From assembly GCA_038496445.1 (NCBI GenBank), contig JALMLS010000313.1:1-64000 (forward strand): DNA of 64,000 nucleotides. The letters are read 5' to 3'. Position 1 is the first letter of the stretch. Each line of letters opens with the position of its first letter. Of this stretch, positions 53,611 to 64,000 are shown in pieces. Under the pieces are notes generated by a model that saw only the letters and a list, made by a program, of their open reading frames with translations, ran no database searches and was not told the DNA's origin. Source of the DNA: Trichosphaerium sp. ATCC 40318. Lineage: Eukaryota > Protista > Tubulinea. The position numbers and the translations under genes are program-made.

Positions 53611-53995
53611 CATAGCGGGTTGTACTCTAAAGGCATTGAATGTACGGCTTATTTCTTTTTTAGACGTTAGAGGTTCTATAAACAAAGGCGCTAACAAGAC
53701 AACGTTGCGATTTCACGCACAAGCGGTCAAGATACTGGCACTAGCACTTGAGTGATTTTGTTGAGCAACTAAGTTTCTCACTCCAGTCCTGTATTTTCTC
53801 ATCAAACGGGCATACGCACTGCAAAGCACGTACAGAGCTAAGCATGCACTATCATAAGCTTAATAACACAGTTTGTTATGCCATTGTAATTTTAATGTAC
53901 AGTAAAATACAAGGAGATTAAAAAGTACCCTAAGTGAAAAGTATTTTTCTTTCGATTCGGTTTTTTGACGTAATGCCACCGCAAAAAAGGAAACA

Positions 53996-56712
53996 TCAGT
54001 TTGCTCTCGTCCTGTAAATAGGCCCAGCCGTCTCTTGGCGGTTGTTGAAACATCCCAAGCTCCCTAAGACGTCTTGTAACGGCACAGCTCTGAAATTATC
54101 AGCTGTGTTTGTAATGCGACATAGAAGGTACAACAGCTTTCTTTGTTGAAGCAGTAACTACAGGCAAACATTAGAATAAACAGAACTAGGCTTTGGTGCT
54201 AGAAAAAAAGCACAACGAAAAAATAGTACAACTTTGTGGTACAAACAACGCCAAAAAGGACTAAAAAAAAAATATTGCGATCTTTTCAAACCACTGCGAA
54301 AGCAGTAGATGAACGGCGAGCTAATTACAAAAAAATAACGTACTTGAAGCATTCTTTCCAATGGGCACTTGTTACCATCGAACTGATAAGATGATACAAA
54401 CATATTAGAAGTTCTTTCGAGCAACCATTCGTTTATGGAACCGTCGGGTCCTTTCACTTGAATAATTAGTGACCCAGGGAATTGTCTACTCCATCGAATC
54501 AATCCTGTAGACGCAGCGACGGCTGGTTGGCAAAGAATATTGAAACAATGCTGGCGAGAAATAAACGCAGGAAGGACCTCCAAGTTAGGGTGACCAGCAA
54601 CCCACAACGCTTTAATCTAGAACAACGAGTAAATACAAGAAAACAAACCATTAAAAGTTCAGCAAAAGGGCGAAAAAGGCTTTGAGGTATCTATCCTCTA
54701 CGAGAGCGCACTAATTTTATCTGCCCATACAAAGGAACAGAAGAAAAGTAGGAGCGTTTTACACAATTTAAGTTCTTGAAAGAGCTTGTCGCCAACACAC
54801 GTACCTGAGAGAGGCTATTGAATGAAGGGTTCAACCACGATGTGCCAAACTTGTAAAAATTACCATCAAACTGCCCCTGACTAAATTCCCAAAGCCAACT
54901 ACGCGTTACATTTAGAAAAACAATTAAACCGCGTTAAACTGCTTACCGTAGATCGTGTTCGGACAGAGGACGTGCATTGTATATATCTGGAGGTAATGAA
55001 GTTCTGTAAACGCCTCTACAAGACTCCCTGAAGTCGAGTTCAGACTTTTGCGATACCTTTGGGTCCATTACATAGTCAGAGTTTCTAGACCGCTTAGGTT
55101 GTGCACTTGGACCTCTAGGCTTTCTAGAAGCGAGAGCTTCAGGTAATATTAAGTAGGTAGAATTATTGTGTAAGTGTTGAAAAACACGCCAAAATTTAAC
55201 AACATCTGACTTTTGCTCGACTGTACTACCAGATCCTGAGTTAAGCATAAATGCGGCTTTAGTCTGCCCAATAAGCTCTCTAGTATACACGTAAACGATA
55301 ATTAAAGTCAAAAAGGAAGACAGTCATTGCTGAAACTCAATAAAAAATAATTTACCTGTGTTTGTTGATTAAAGTGCATTCCAAGGAACAAAACTTTAGT
55401 GGCCTTCCTGGACGCTCATGGTTACAGTGAATTGAAAAGTCCATCGTAAGTGTTTGTCTGTTAACTTGAATAGGGAATTGATCCTAGAGAATATAGTAAG
55501 ACACCACCAACTAACAAAAGAGTTTCGTACATTAAATTTTATAGGTCCGAATACGGTAGTTTTTTCTTTTTTACTTTTGGATTTTTGACACTTGTTACAT
55601 AACGTAGCAATTACTTGAGCATCCTCCAAACCGACTATTTGAACGTCCAAATACAGAGTAGAATCTTAATTGAAACAACGGGTAAGTTTGTGAAAGGACG
55701 TGAACTTTTTGGGTTTTACAATAAAATTTGCAAACACCTTTTTTGAGGAGGCAAGAGACAACTTTATGGTGAAATGCGTAATGAACCTGTGACAGAAAAA
55801 AAAAAAAAAACTACAGCAAAACGTCAAAAAAGGTTGGAAAAAAGAGCTTCCACGTTGTAAAGGCGTATGAACAACGTTTAGAAGTTCCCAAAATTCTCCC
55901 TTCAAAAAATTGGTTCATTTTTGGGTACAAAGGGTAATTTTGTACCTTGATCGCCGCTGTAGTTGCCGTTTTGTGATTTTAGCTTCAGGAAATGGTATAC
56001 ATTGGGAATAGAGTTCAGTTTGAGGCGAATTTTTTTACCGATACGGATATACGGATTCACACGCGTCTTATTCACAACAAGCTCCATATCTACCTACACA
56101 AAATTATTTTAATTTATTTCAGTGCACTAGTGGCAAAGTATAGCCTTTTCTTTTTTTTTTGTCTGGTTTAAACTCCTTTAACCGAAATAAAACGTACCAT
56201 CGCATTTGGCAATGACTGAAGGAGCGGTGGAATATTTTGTTCTAAGTTGGGTGTATTAGCTAAAAATGCTACAATCGAATGTAAACGTGCTGTAATCAGG
56301 TGAATCGTCAACGGCACGTTGGTGTGGAAGCGTTGTATGCGCTGGAGCAGGAGAATTCGGGTTGGACAGCGAAGACCTATTTCCATCAATTTTGCACATA
56401 CTATTACAAAATATACAACTTCGTCAGGTACTTACTCGAGTGAAAATGGAGATTGGGTAACGTTGGAATAATCTTCTGAGTCAAACAAATCTCTGGGCTC
56501 TTGTTTAATGATAATACCGCTATTAATATGAATAAACATGCGGTTGTTTAGGGCGCGTACTTGTCCACAGTATTATCGAAATTAGAGTTTTGGAACGTAA
56601 AACCGTCTGTATTTGATAGTGTTGGTATTTGGGCCATACCCATTTGATTAATACCTCTTGCATCGTCTAACATAAACAAATCATCTCCGCCGTTACCAGG
56701 ATAAAACGTCAT
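53996..56712 (-). CDS. STAT-like transcription factor (putative DNA-binding domain, linker, STAT-type SH2, C-terminal Tyr)
   Basis: Linker RPLSEHDLREF...FYKFGTSW, SH2 KALWVAG...AFISRQHCFNIL...STGLIRWSRQFPGSLIIQVKG...INEWLL, and tail AGPIYRTRAN*. The order and motifs resemble Dictyostelium STATs. Confidence 0.72.
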
Positions 56713-57020
56713 AGTAGCGCGAATTAAATTGGTACGCGTGATGCTGCGTGAAATGGTGCGTTTCAGTGACAATTACTAAGTAAGGTCTCTTAATAAGTCT
56801 TCTGTGGCTTTCCAAATCTTTCTAGCTACTCATCATTACGGCTTCTGTTGTGAGTGTGATGAACCTTTGCGGACTAGTATTTTTTCAAGCCGTAGCTGAA
56901 CTAGAAATCAATGTTTTCTGTCAACTTCGTAGCGACAGCGGCATCGCGGTAACCATAACCATCTTTAGCTCCTGTCCTCAGTATATGTCACTTACACGTT
57001 TTTTGTTTAGCACACAGCAC

Positions 57021-57060
57021 GCTTCACGCGATTTTTGGATACGCAAATAACACGTGAAGC
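57021..57060. promoter_or_regulatory. Second copy of the CACGTG hairpin, between the STAT-like gene and a family X locus
   Basis: gcttcacgcg...aaataacacgtgaagc; the flank acaacactagtaactcttcc resembles the reverse complement of 6990-7010. Confidence 0.4.
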
Positions 57061-58079
57061 AGGGCAAATATTTCAAATCTCATCTGCTCCACAACACTAG
57101 TAACTCTTCCAATCTCAGTATAAAGCCTGTTTCACGTTAGTACTACGTAAATCACCGTTTCTATTTGGTTCAAGCGTAAGCAGGTATCGTCAAAGCTAGT
57201 TTGAAACTTTGTCTACTATTTTACATGCTAATTCTCTGTAGGAAACTAAACTTGGCTAACAGTTACATGCAACTACTTGTGAGAAAACTGAGGCACGGCA
57301 AACTTGGGTTTTGAAGCACGTTACACGTTTTTTTTTAAAAATCCTATGCACAATGTGTTGTTGACCTTGCAACATTGTTGGTTCTAACCCTATCAGAGTT
57401 TAAAGGAGTATCGCTGAGAAACTTTGCTCAAGCGCCTGAAACACCAACGCTTTTCTACAAGCCACAGATACGTACTTTCCCCAAATTTTGATTTCAAACA
57501 CTGGGTATTCTTGACGTTGACCTTTGCTTAGGCGTTTACTTTGGCAGATGATGCAACGTAAGGCGTATGCTACTTCTTCCCGCTCCAAACTTGTGTATCA
57601 AAGGGTCACCAGTGAATACACCTTTCAAGAAAATGAAAACAGTACGTTTCCAGTTTTCTGTCAACCATCCATTTGTTTTTATCTTTTTTTCTTCCTCACG
57701 TGCAATGTACTTATCACAGCATTAGATTTTCTACAAACTGAGATGGTACTTAGCAGAGGACTTTGTGCTAGTATTAACTTGATGTGGACTACTGCTATCA
57801 CTACACGATGAGAAGTCTACCAACCATTCTTTCCTAGTATGAATTCTTCCATAACGCAAGTGGACGCTTACATGAAGATACGGAATAAACACGTCTGGAA
57901 GGCATTTGATACCATATCGCGACAATGGCGTGGCGATGTAGTTGTACGTTTTTGGTTGCCATGATTAAACCCGTAAAACAATTTGCTGGCAAAAAAAACT
58001 TTGTAGAGATCACTGCCATAGTGGCGTGAGTAGTTGAGGAATTTTAATTTAACAACAAATGCTGACGCTTGTTTAGATA

Positions 58080-58797
58080 CTGGACCCGGACGATGCAACT
58101 AATGTCTACGCATGTGACCTACGGAATGATACATGCATCCGGACAAAAGCTTTCCGGGTCAATTCCTTTCGAGTTGCTCTTTTGTCAACTGTACCCGGAA
58201 GTAGCTTTTATCTGGGTGCATATACCATTCTGTTCCTTTCGACAGTTTAATGCAAAAGAAGCTTTTGTCCGGATGCATGTACCATTCCGTGGTCACGTGC
58301 ATGGATTAAGAGCAAATAAGGTGCGTCAAGACGATTCCCTTTTGTTGTCATTAACATGAACGTCCTGTAGAAGAACACGGAATGCTGAAACAAAGCCACA
58401 AGAGATATGCGTACGTTTGGCATTTCAAGTCAGCAATAAACACTAAATCTTTTCTAGCTACTAGACCCATGTGAAGCCACCAAAGTATATAGGTGTGGCC
58501 TCGAACTGGTCGAGGCAATAAATCTCGCCAGCAGTAGGCTGGCACGAAGAATGTGGTGCGACCCACTGAGCTGCACCTCCTTGCCAGAGTGGCGCGAGTG
58601 CTTACTAGCACAAGAGTGTCGTCTGGCAAGAGAGCTGAACAGGATTATTTGATTCCCATAGTATTTAAAGGACGTAATTGATGAACGAAACAGTGGCGCT
58701 CACGTCAGCACAATGCCGCTAATATTGACGGAGTGGATGAGAGGAACAACGATACACATGTCAACAACGCCTCCAATATAACCAAAATGTGCCGTAG
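58080..58797 (+). pseudogene. Family X member (25-kb subfamily), disrupted
   Basis: E*YMHPDKSF; intron gtgcgtcaag; exon RTRNAETKPQEIC; then LELVEAINLASSRLARRMWCDPLSCTSLPEWRECLLAQECRLARELNRII*, homologous to 25420-25570. It is not listed in the ORF track. Confidence 0.8.
58110..58300. repeat. Fold-back inverted repeat (about 43-bp arms) with a third internal copy
   Basis: 58110-58152 versus 58259-58300 differ by 2 mismatches and 1 indel; 58193-58231 is an additional inverted copy. Confidence 0.9.
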
Positions 58798-58815
58798 CGC
58801 ATTAACAATATTTCT

Positions 58816-59271
58816 TTAGGTATACGAATGATTGTTACGGTGCAAATTTTCGTGCCGTTGAGCGAGCTTCGGCAGGTATCGCTGTCTCAGCGACCTGCCT
58901 TTTGGGTCGTCACCTTGTAGGAATGCCAACCACGCTTCTAGAGCGAGCTTCGGCAGGTATCGCCGTCTCAGCGACCTGCCTTTTGGGTCGTCACCTTGTA
59001 GGAATGCCAACCACGCTTCTAGAACGAGCTTCGGCAGGTATCGCCGTCTCAGCGACCTGCCTTTTGGGTCGTCACCTTGTAGGAATGCCAACCACGCTTC
59101 TAGAGCGAGCTTCGGCAGGTATCGCCGTCTCAGCGACCTGCCTTTTGGTTCGTCACCTTGTAGGAATGCCAACCACGCTTCTAAATCGTACAGCTTTACA
59201 CTGGTATCTGCTTTTTGGTTCAGTTCATGGAGAACCGTACGTAAATTACTTTCCTTGACAACTGTTCTGCA
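58816..59271 (-). CDS. Family X last exon with in-frame 4x27-aa expansion of the core; upstream exons degraded or unresolved (possible pseudogene)
   Basis: Open frame of 151 codons: RTVLHELNQKADTSVKLYD-(LEAWLAFLQGDDPKGRSLRRRYLPKLA)x4-QRHEN, matching HELNQK...WLxFLQxD...LAxQR. Confidence 0.65.
   Translation of the reverse strand, partial: CRTVVKESNLRTVLHELNQKADTSVKLYDLEAWLAFLQGDEPKGRSLRRRYLPKLALEAWLAFLQGDDPKGRSLRRRYLPKLVLEAWLAFLQGDDPKGRSLRRRYLPKLALEAWLAFLQGDDPKGRSLRQRYLPKLAQRHENLHRNNHSYT
58860..59183. repeat. Tandem repeat, 4 x 81 bp
   Basis: Units start at 58860, 58941, 59022 and 59103, with only 3 single-base differences seen. Each unit has the hairpin ggcagg-ta-tcgc-N7-gcga-cctgcc. Confidence 0.97.
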
Positions 59272-60210
59272 CTAGCCTCAATAATGAATCCGAAGCTGCC
59301 GTCGTTTATATAACAGACGGATATGGACAGTGCTGTTCAAGTCTTAGGTACATCATTTTATTTCTTAAACGTTAGGTATGCAAGTTACACCCTTGAGCCC
59401 TTTGCGGCACTAGGTCCAAACATATCTAAGGTGGGTACGTACATAGTTATTGTTGTGTTCCAGAGCAACTTTTACAAATGCTGTATATTGTCATTTTCTT
59501 TAGGTACGTTTTGCCAAGGTTGACTTAGAAAAAATAATAAATAATTAAAGCGGAGGAGAAATATCTTCTACTTGCTCATACGACAATCTACCAGTAATGG
59601 TAGCGCATAGCCCATGGTATTACTATACCAATGATTACTCCAACAGTTAGCACTTCTTCACAATACTATCGTTAAATATACTCAAAAAAACCTAAACTAA
59701 GACAATCAATCTCAAATAGCACTTCTACTTTACTACGAAAACCTTAACTTCGTCTGGATTCGGATCTTCAAAGTGAACTTTTCTCAATTTTCGTAATCTA
59801 AAAGATCTTTGTACAACTGTTGCTATCAATAAATTACATTGTATCTAACTTAATTGTCTCTTTCTTTTTTTTTTCTTTTTTTTTTTTCAAGTCATTTCAC
59901 TTTTGCGAACTTGATTGTCCATCATACCTATCTTGTTCAATGTATTCATTAAGTAATCCCTTTGAGAGTTCCTCAGCTTACAAAGTTGGCAAATGTTCGA
60001 TCCACGTTCATGAAGGTGTTTGGGTCTTCTAGAAAAAAATTCACGTGATTTTGAAATTTCAGTGAAAATGTCAGAATCTGCTGAAACATAACTCTACTTT
60101 TTTCACACCGGTTACAACACTATAAATTTAATAATCAAGTGCGTATTTAGTACCTAGTTTATTCAAGTCGTAGCACAGTGTCAGTCTGTAACTTAATACG
60201 AACTAGGACT

Positions 60211-61219
60211 ATGTCACTTAACGATGCGTCCAACGATTCTATGATAGAAAATAAAAGTGTTTTAGAGATGTTACCGAAAGACATACAACGGTTGATATCA
60301 TCACACACTCCTGAAGCTTTCCAAAAATGGTACAAAGGAGAAATATTTACCAGTTTTTTGCTAATTTTTTTGAAGGAGTTTATTGAGTAAAACTACAGCT
60401 ACAATGACATGTTACAACTCCAAAATAGAAAAACATGGCATACGGTTATTGTGGCATACAAATGGATCACTCAAAATGCACATCACCTTTGTTAATGGTG
60501 TGCAAGAAGGTCTTCACATAAAGTATCACATAAATGGCAAACCTTCAATGCAATACAATGTAGTAAAGGGTAAGGGTGAAGGTATATGCAAACAATGGCA
60601 CGAAAACGGGCAATTAAGTATGTTATGTACCTTGAGAAATGATGCAAGAGAAGGTGAGGTGCTCCAATGGCACAAGAATGGACAACTCGAAGTCAAATGT
60701 TCAATGGTAAATGGCAAGCTCGAAGGTGAGATGTGCACGTGGTATGATAATGGAGTCCTAAAGGACCACTACACATTAATCAATGGTAAGCAGTCAGGCG
60801 ATGTAGAGTTAAGATATAGAAGTGGGCAACTCAAGATGTGCTCCAAGGAGATTTCTTCTCGCAAACATGAAAACAAGATGTGGTTTGAAAGCGGACAACT
60901 CAAAATGGAATGTACTATGATTGATGGTGTCAAGGAAGGCTTGAGCACAGAGTGGCATGAAAACGGACAAATGAGTATTCAATACTCAGTTGTTAAAGGA
61001 ATGAAGCAAGGAGAACATAAGGAGTGGCACGAAAATGGTCAAATTAAGGTTCAATGTATGGTTGTAGATAGTCAAAAAGAAGGCGAATACAGAGAATGGC
61101 ACGAAAACGGGCAACTAAGTGTGCATTGTATGTTTTCTGAGGGACTTCCTAAAGGAGACGAAAGTCATTGGAATGAATTAGGAGAACCTGTAGTGCGGTA
61201 TCACGATTCTACAAAATAA
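60211..61219 (+). CDS. F-box-like + MORN-variant (YwqK-type) repeat protein
   Basis: VLEMLPKDIQRLI...W|SLLSKT via intron 60330-60375, then about 10 repeats of WHENGQLxxxCxxxxGxxEG. Confidence 0.85.
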
Positions 61220-61356
61220 ATCAAAAAAGAATTCATTCTTATCCTGCCAAGCTCTTTCTGCAACTTCTCCATGCCATGAATTAACTATCAGCTATAATGC
61301 AATGTTTTATTATACAATGAACATATCACCAAAGGCGGTGGTGAGTGTAGTTTGAT

Positions 61357-62587
61357 TTAAAAATTCTTTGACTTGATTGTCCTTAAATCTTGTTAGAACA
61401 TGAAAAAAAGTTTACACTGCTTACCTCAGGTGGTATTTTGTCCGTAAAGGCATATAACTACGAACATAGGCCAAGTAATCACCACCGTATTCATATTTGC
61501 TTTGAACTTCATCTGCTTGTTCTTCTGCCTCATCTATCTTCTCAGCAAGCCTAGATAACAATGCTTGCTTTCCCACTCTCTACAATTTATAGTTAAACAA
61601 AAGAAAGGTTGTAAGCACCACAGCTGTTACACATACTTGTTGCAACTCATCTCTCTTGTTCTGTAGAGCATCATACTCTGCGCTTAGCTCTTGAAGAGAC
61701 TTTTGCTTCTCTTGTTCCACTCCACGTAGTTGCTGAAGCTCTCCCTGTATTTCGTTGTTTTTGGCTGTAGCAACGTGAGCAGTCTAGGTTTGTGACATTA
61801 AATTTACCTTGGAGAGCCTTATTACGCTCATCTACTTCCTCTCTGAGTTTTGCGCAGTTCTTTACAACGTCTAAATTAAAGAAGAAAACACTAAATTCTT
61901 CTGGGTTGTCCATGAGTTGTTGCATCCTAGCAACGCTAATACAAACCGTCAGAAGTCTGTCATTGGTTTGATAGCCATACTCTAAGTCATTAATTTCTCG
62001 ACAGTTGGCGGTGGTATTAGCAACTGGCATCTGTGCTTGAGGCGTGCTGTTACGGTGTTGGCTTGGACTGCTTGAACGCATGGCTTGAGGTTGAGGGTTG
62101 TTTAGGTGGTGAGCTACCAACTGTAAAACGTAAGGGAGGTACACGTAGCGTATTTTACTGAAACAAAAAACTGTTACCTGTATTAATGCGCCCAAGTCGG
62201 TGTGCATTGTCCAATTTTGAAGGCTAGGGATTTTTGATGGTATTATTGTGTAATTTCTATCTAAACAATATTACTAATAGCCTAATAGCGGTACGCACCT
62301 AACATGTGATGATTTTGATCGGGTATTGATATTGTTGGGCGCGTTTGAGGGAAGTTTGACGGCAGAATCCTTATAGAGTTAAATAAGGCCTCTAAACGCT
62401 ACGTACAGCCTTACAGATACGTTGTTGCCATTATTCAGGAACAGGGGCACGTCAAACAAATTTGGCGCTAATTCGTTGGTGTGAGGGAAGAACGCGCGTA
62501 GGCTTTGTATTTGTTGCGAGCGCCTATAAATTTGCTAAGTACAATATTTCTTTGGTTCGCTACTTACAATCTCTGAATGTCATCCAT
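61357..62587 (-). CDS. VPS37-like ESCRT-I subunit (UEV-like N-terminus + Mod(r) domain)
   Basis: RRSQQIQSL, LPSNFPQTRPTI, LQNWTMHTDLGALIQ, and C-terminal DEAEEQADEV...YMPLRTKYHLRTIKS. Confidence 0.8.
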
Positions 62588-63069
62588 CTTTTTAATGGCC
62601 TCTCCGATTCAACGTGCTTGGTATGAGCCAATTGTTGGCCTATAGTCGCGAAATTTCAACGTTTGATTTTATACATGCCTTTTCTAGCGATTTAAAGACA
62701 AGCTCATCTACCAACAGGTAATCCCTTGAGAGAAAGACGAATATTCTCTTGCGCTTTAGCAATAAAAACCGTTTAAACCACCAAACACCTAAAAACAGAA
62801 AGTTGTTGAACAATTACCAAAAACGTGACGTATTTGCACATCAAAGTGCTCCAAAACCACTTGCCGAGCATGAAACAAGCGCATTATACTAGTTACAGTT
62901 TTGCAAAGTTGTTATGAACGGTGGGTGACGCTTAAACGCCAAAATTCCTAGGAGAGTTTAACTATCCAACCGTGTGTGGGTTTAATTGCTTTTATTTACA
63001 GGCAAGTAAAGCCTCATCTATGGTACAAAGAGTAGACTCCAGCCGAGGTTTACGAATAAAAAGTGCTGT

Positions 63070-63871
63070 TCATCCACCACGAAGTTGTAGGACCATGTGA
63101 AGTTTCGCATTATCTTCAAGGCCATAATTTCGCAGTGTTCGGCAGTCGGCCATAAGCTTTCCCCGATACACCAAACGTTGTTGCTCGTACGGAATACCTA
63201 CGTCCTAGGTGAGAACAAGAAATACGTTTAAATTAAAAATACCAAGAACAAAGACTCTCATTTTTATGTAAAACTTTTTTTTTGGCGGTTGGAGAATATT
63301 CGAAACAAAAGCAATGAGATCGTACCTTCACGCTTTAAAATTTCTTCCTTTATCTTTTGAACACAGTCATCGCTGTTTACTGTGATTTTGAGTAATCTGC
63401 CATGCAGAGTGCGGACGTGAAGCGTTAAATTTTGAGGTATACGCAATCGCTTCATACACCTGTTAACTTGGTTGTAATCGTCTCTAACAGAGATAGTAAG
63501 TACCGAAAAATACGCTACACTCAGGACAGGAACCAGTAGAAAGTTCTCTCTTTCAAGGATCGTTGAGTGAAAGTTTAAAGAGAGAAAAATAAAAGTTTCA
63601 GTTCGTACGAATAATCTACAGAGCGGTTCCTTTTTACACCGCGACGTTCGTTGGGTATGTTGAACGCTGAAGGCGTTGTGCGAATCGTTGTTGGCACGTT
63701 TGATGGAAAAGAGCCTCTAGCAGAGTGGAAACCAGTATTATTGAATTGAGGAGGTGTGAAGGTTGGTTGCGCATTGTTGCGACCATTATTTGGCCAAGCA
63801 AATTCCATCTGACCGAAAGTTGGTGTTGGTGAGCCGTACGCACTCATATAAGGAACGGTGTCAACTTCCAT
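63070..63871 (-). CDS. Ubiquitin-like protein with long disordered N-terminal extension, ending LRGG
   Basis: Three exons; LHVRTLHGRLLKITVNSDDCVQKIKEEILKRE|..GIPYEQQRLVYRGKLMADCRTLRNYGLEDNAKLHMVLQLRGG*. Confidence 0.85.
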
Positions 63872-64000
63872 TGCGTTTTGTACATAAAACTAAGAGGCGT
63901 TAGAAAATAATGAGCTGAAAATCACATAACAGGTTGTCACGAGTGGTAGTGTATGCTAGAAATGAAGAAAAAGAGCAAACTTTTTACAAGCGGCCGATCG

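Noticed and set aside
57524-58030. Mitochondrial-presequence-like ORF upstream of the 58k pseudogene
   Set aside because: Following exons contain stops and cannot be joined into a supported gene.
58860-59183. CRISPR-like array of hairpin-containing repeats
   Set aside because: Units are contiguous and near-identical with no unique spacers, they are a multiple of 3 inside a coding frame, and the context is eukaryotic with no cas genes.

Overview
Eukaryotic, AT-rich, gene-dense DNA with many short spliceosomal introns (mostly about 40-60 nt, typical donor GTACGT/GTGCGT/GTAAG). It is most consistent with an amoebozoan-like protist, but the taxon is an inference. Recognisable genes: a BRCT-IPT-DUF4062-NACHT protein, a PIP kinase, a DUF5060/DUF4038 glycosidase, an enoyl-CoA isomerase, an F-box/LRR protein, Rab2, UNC50, a CBM20-like/PX/BAR sorting nexin, an SCFD2-like SM protein, a C2 membrane protein, a WW-less Pin1 parvulin, a STAT-like SH2 factor, an F-box/MORN protein, a VPS37-like protein and a C-terminal ubiquitin-like protein ending in LRGG. 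The most striking content is an unnamed gene family, here 'family X', with 8 loci plus one inserted fragment. It occurs in short (about 145 aa) and long forms, mostly as adjacent pairs, and short members share exon structure. Its members show intense local rearrangement: an antisense paralog insertion, a fold-back inverted repeat, an in-frame 4x81-bp expansion, and a roughly 5-6.6 kb inverted segmental duplication that also carries a candidate structured RNA and pieces of neighbouring genes. All gene models were spliced by eye, so boundaries of hypothetical genes are approximate.
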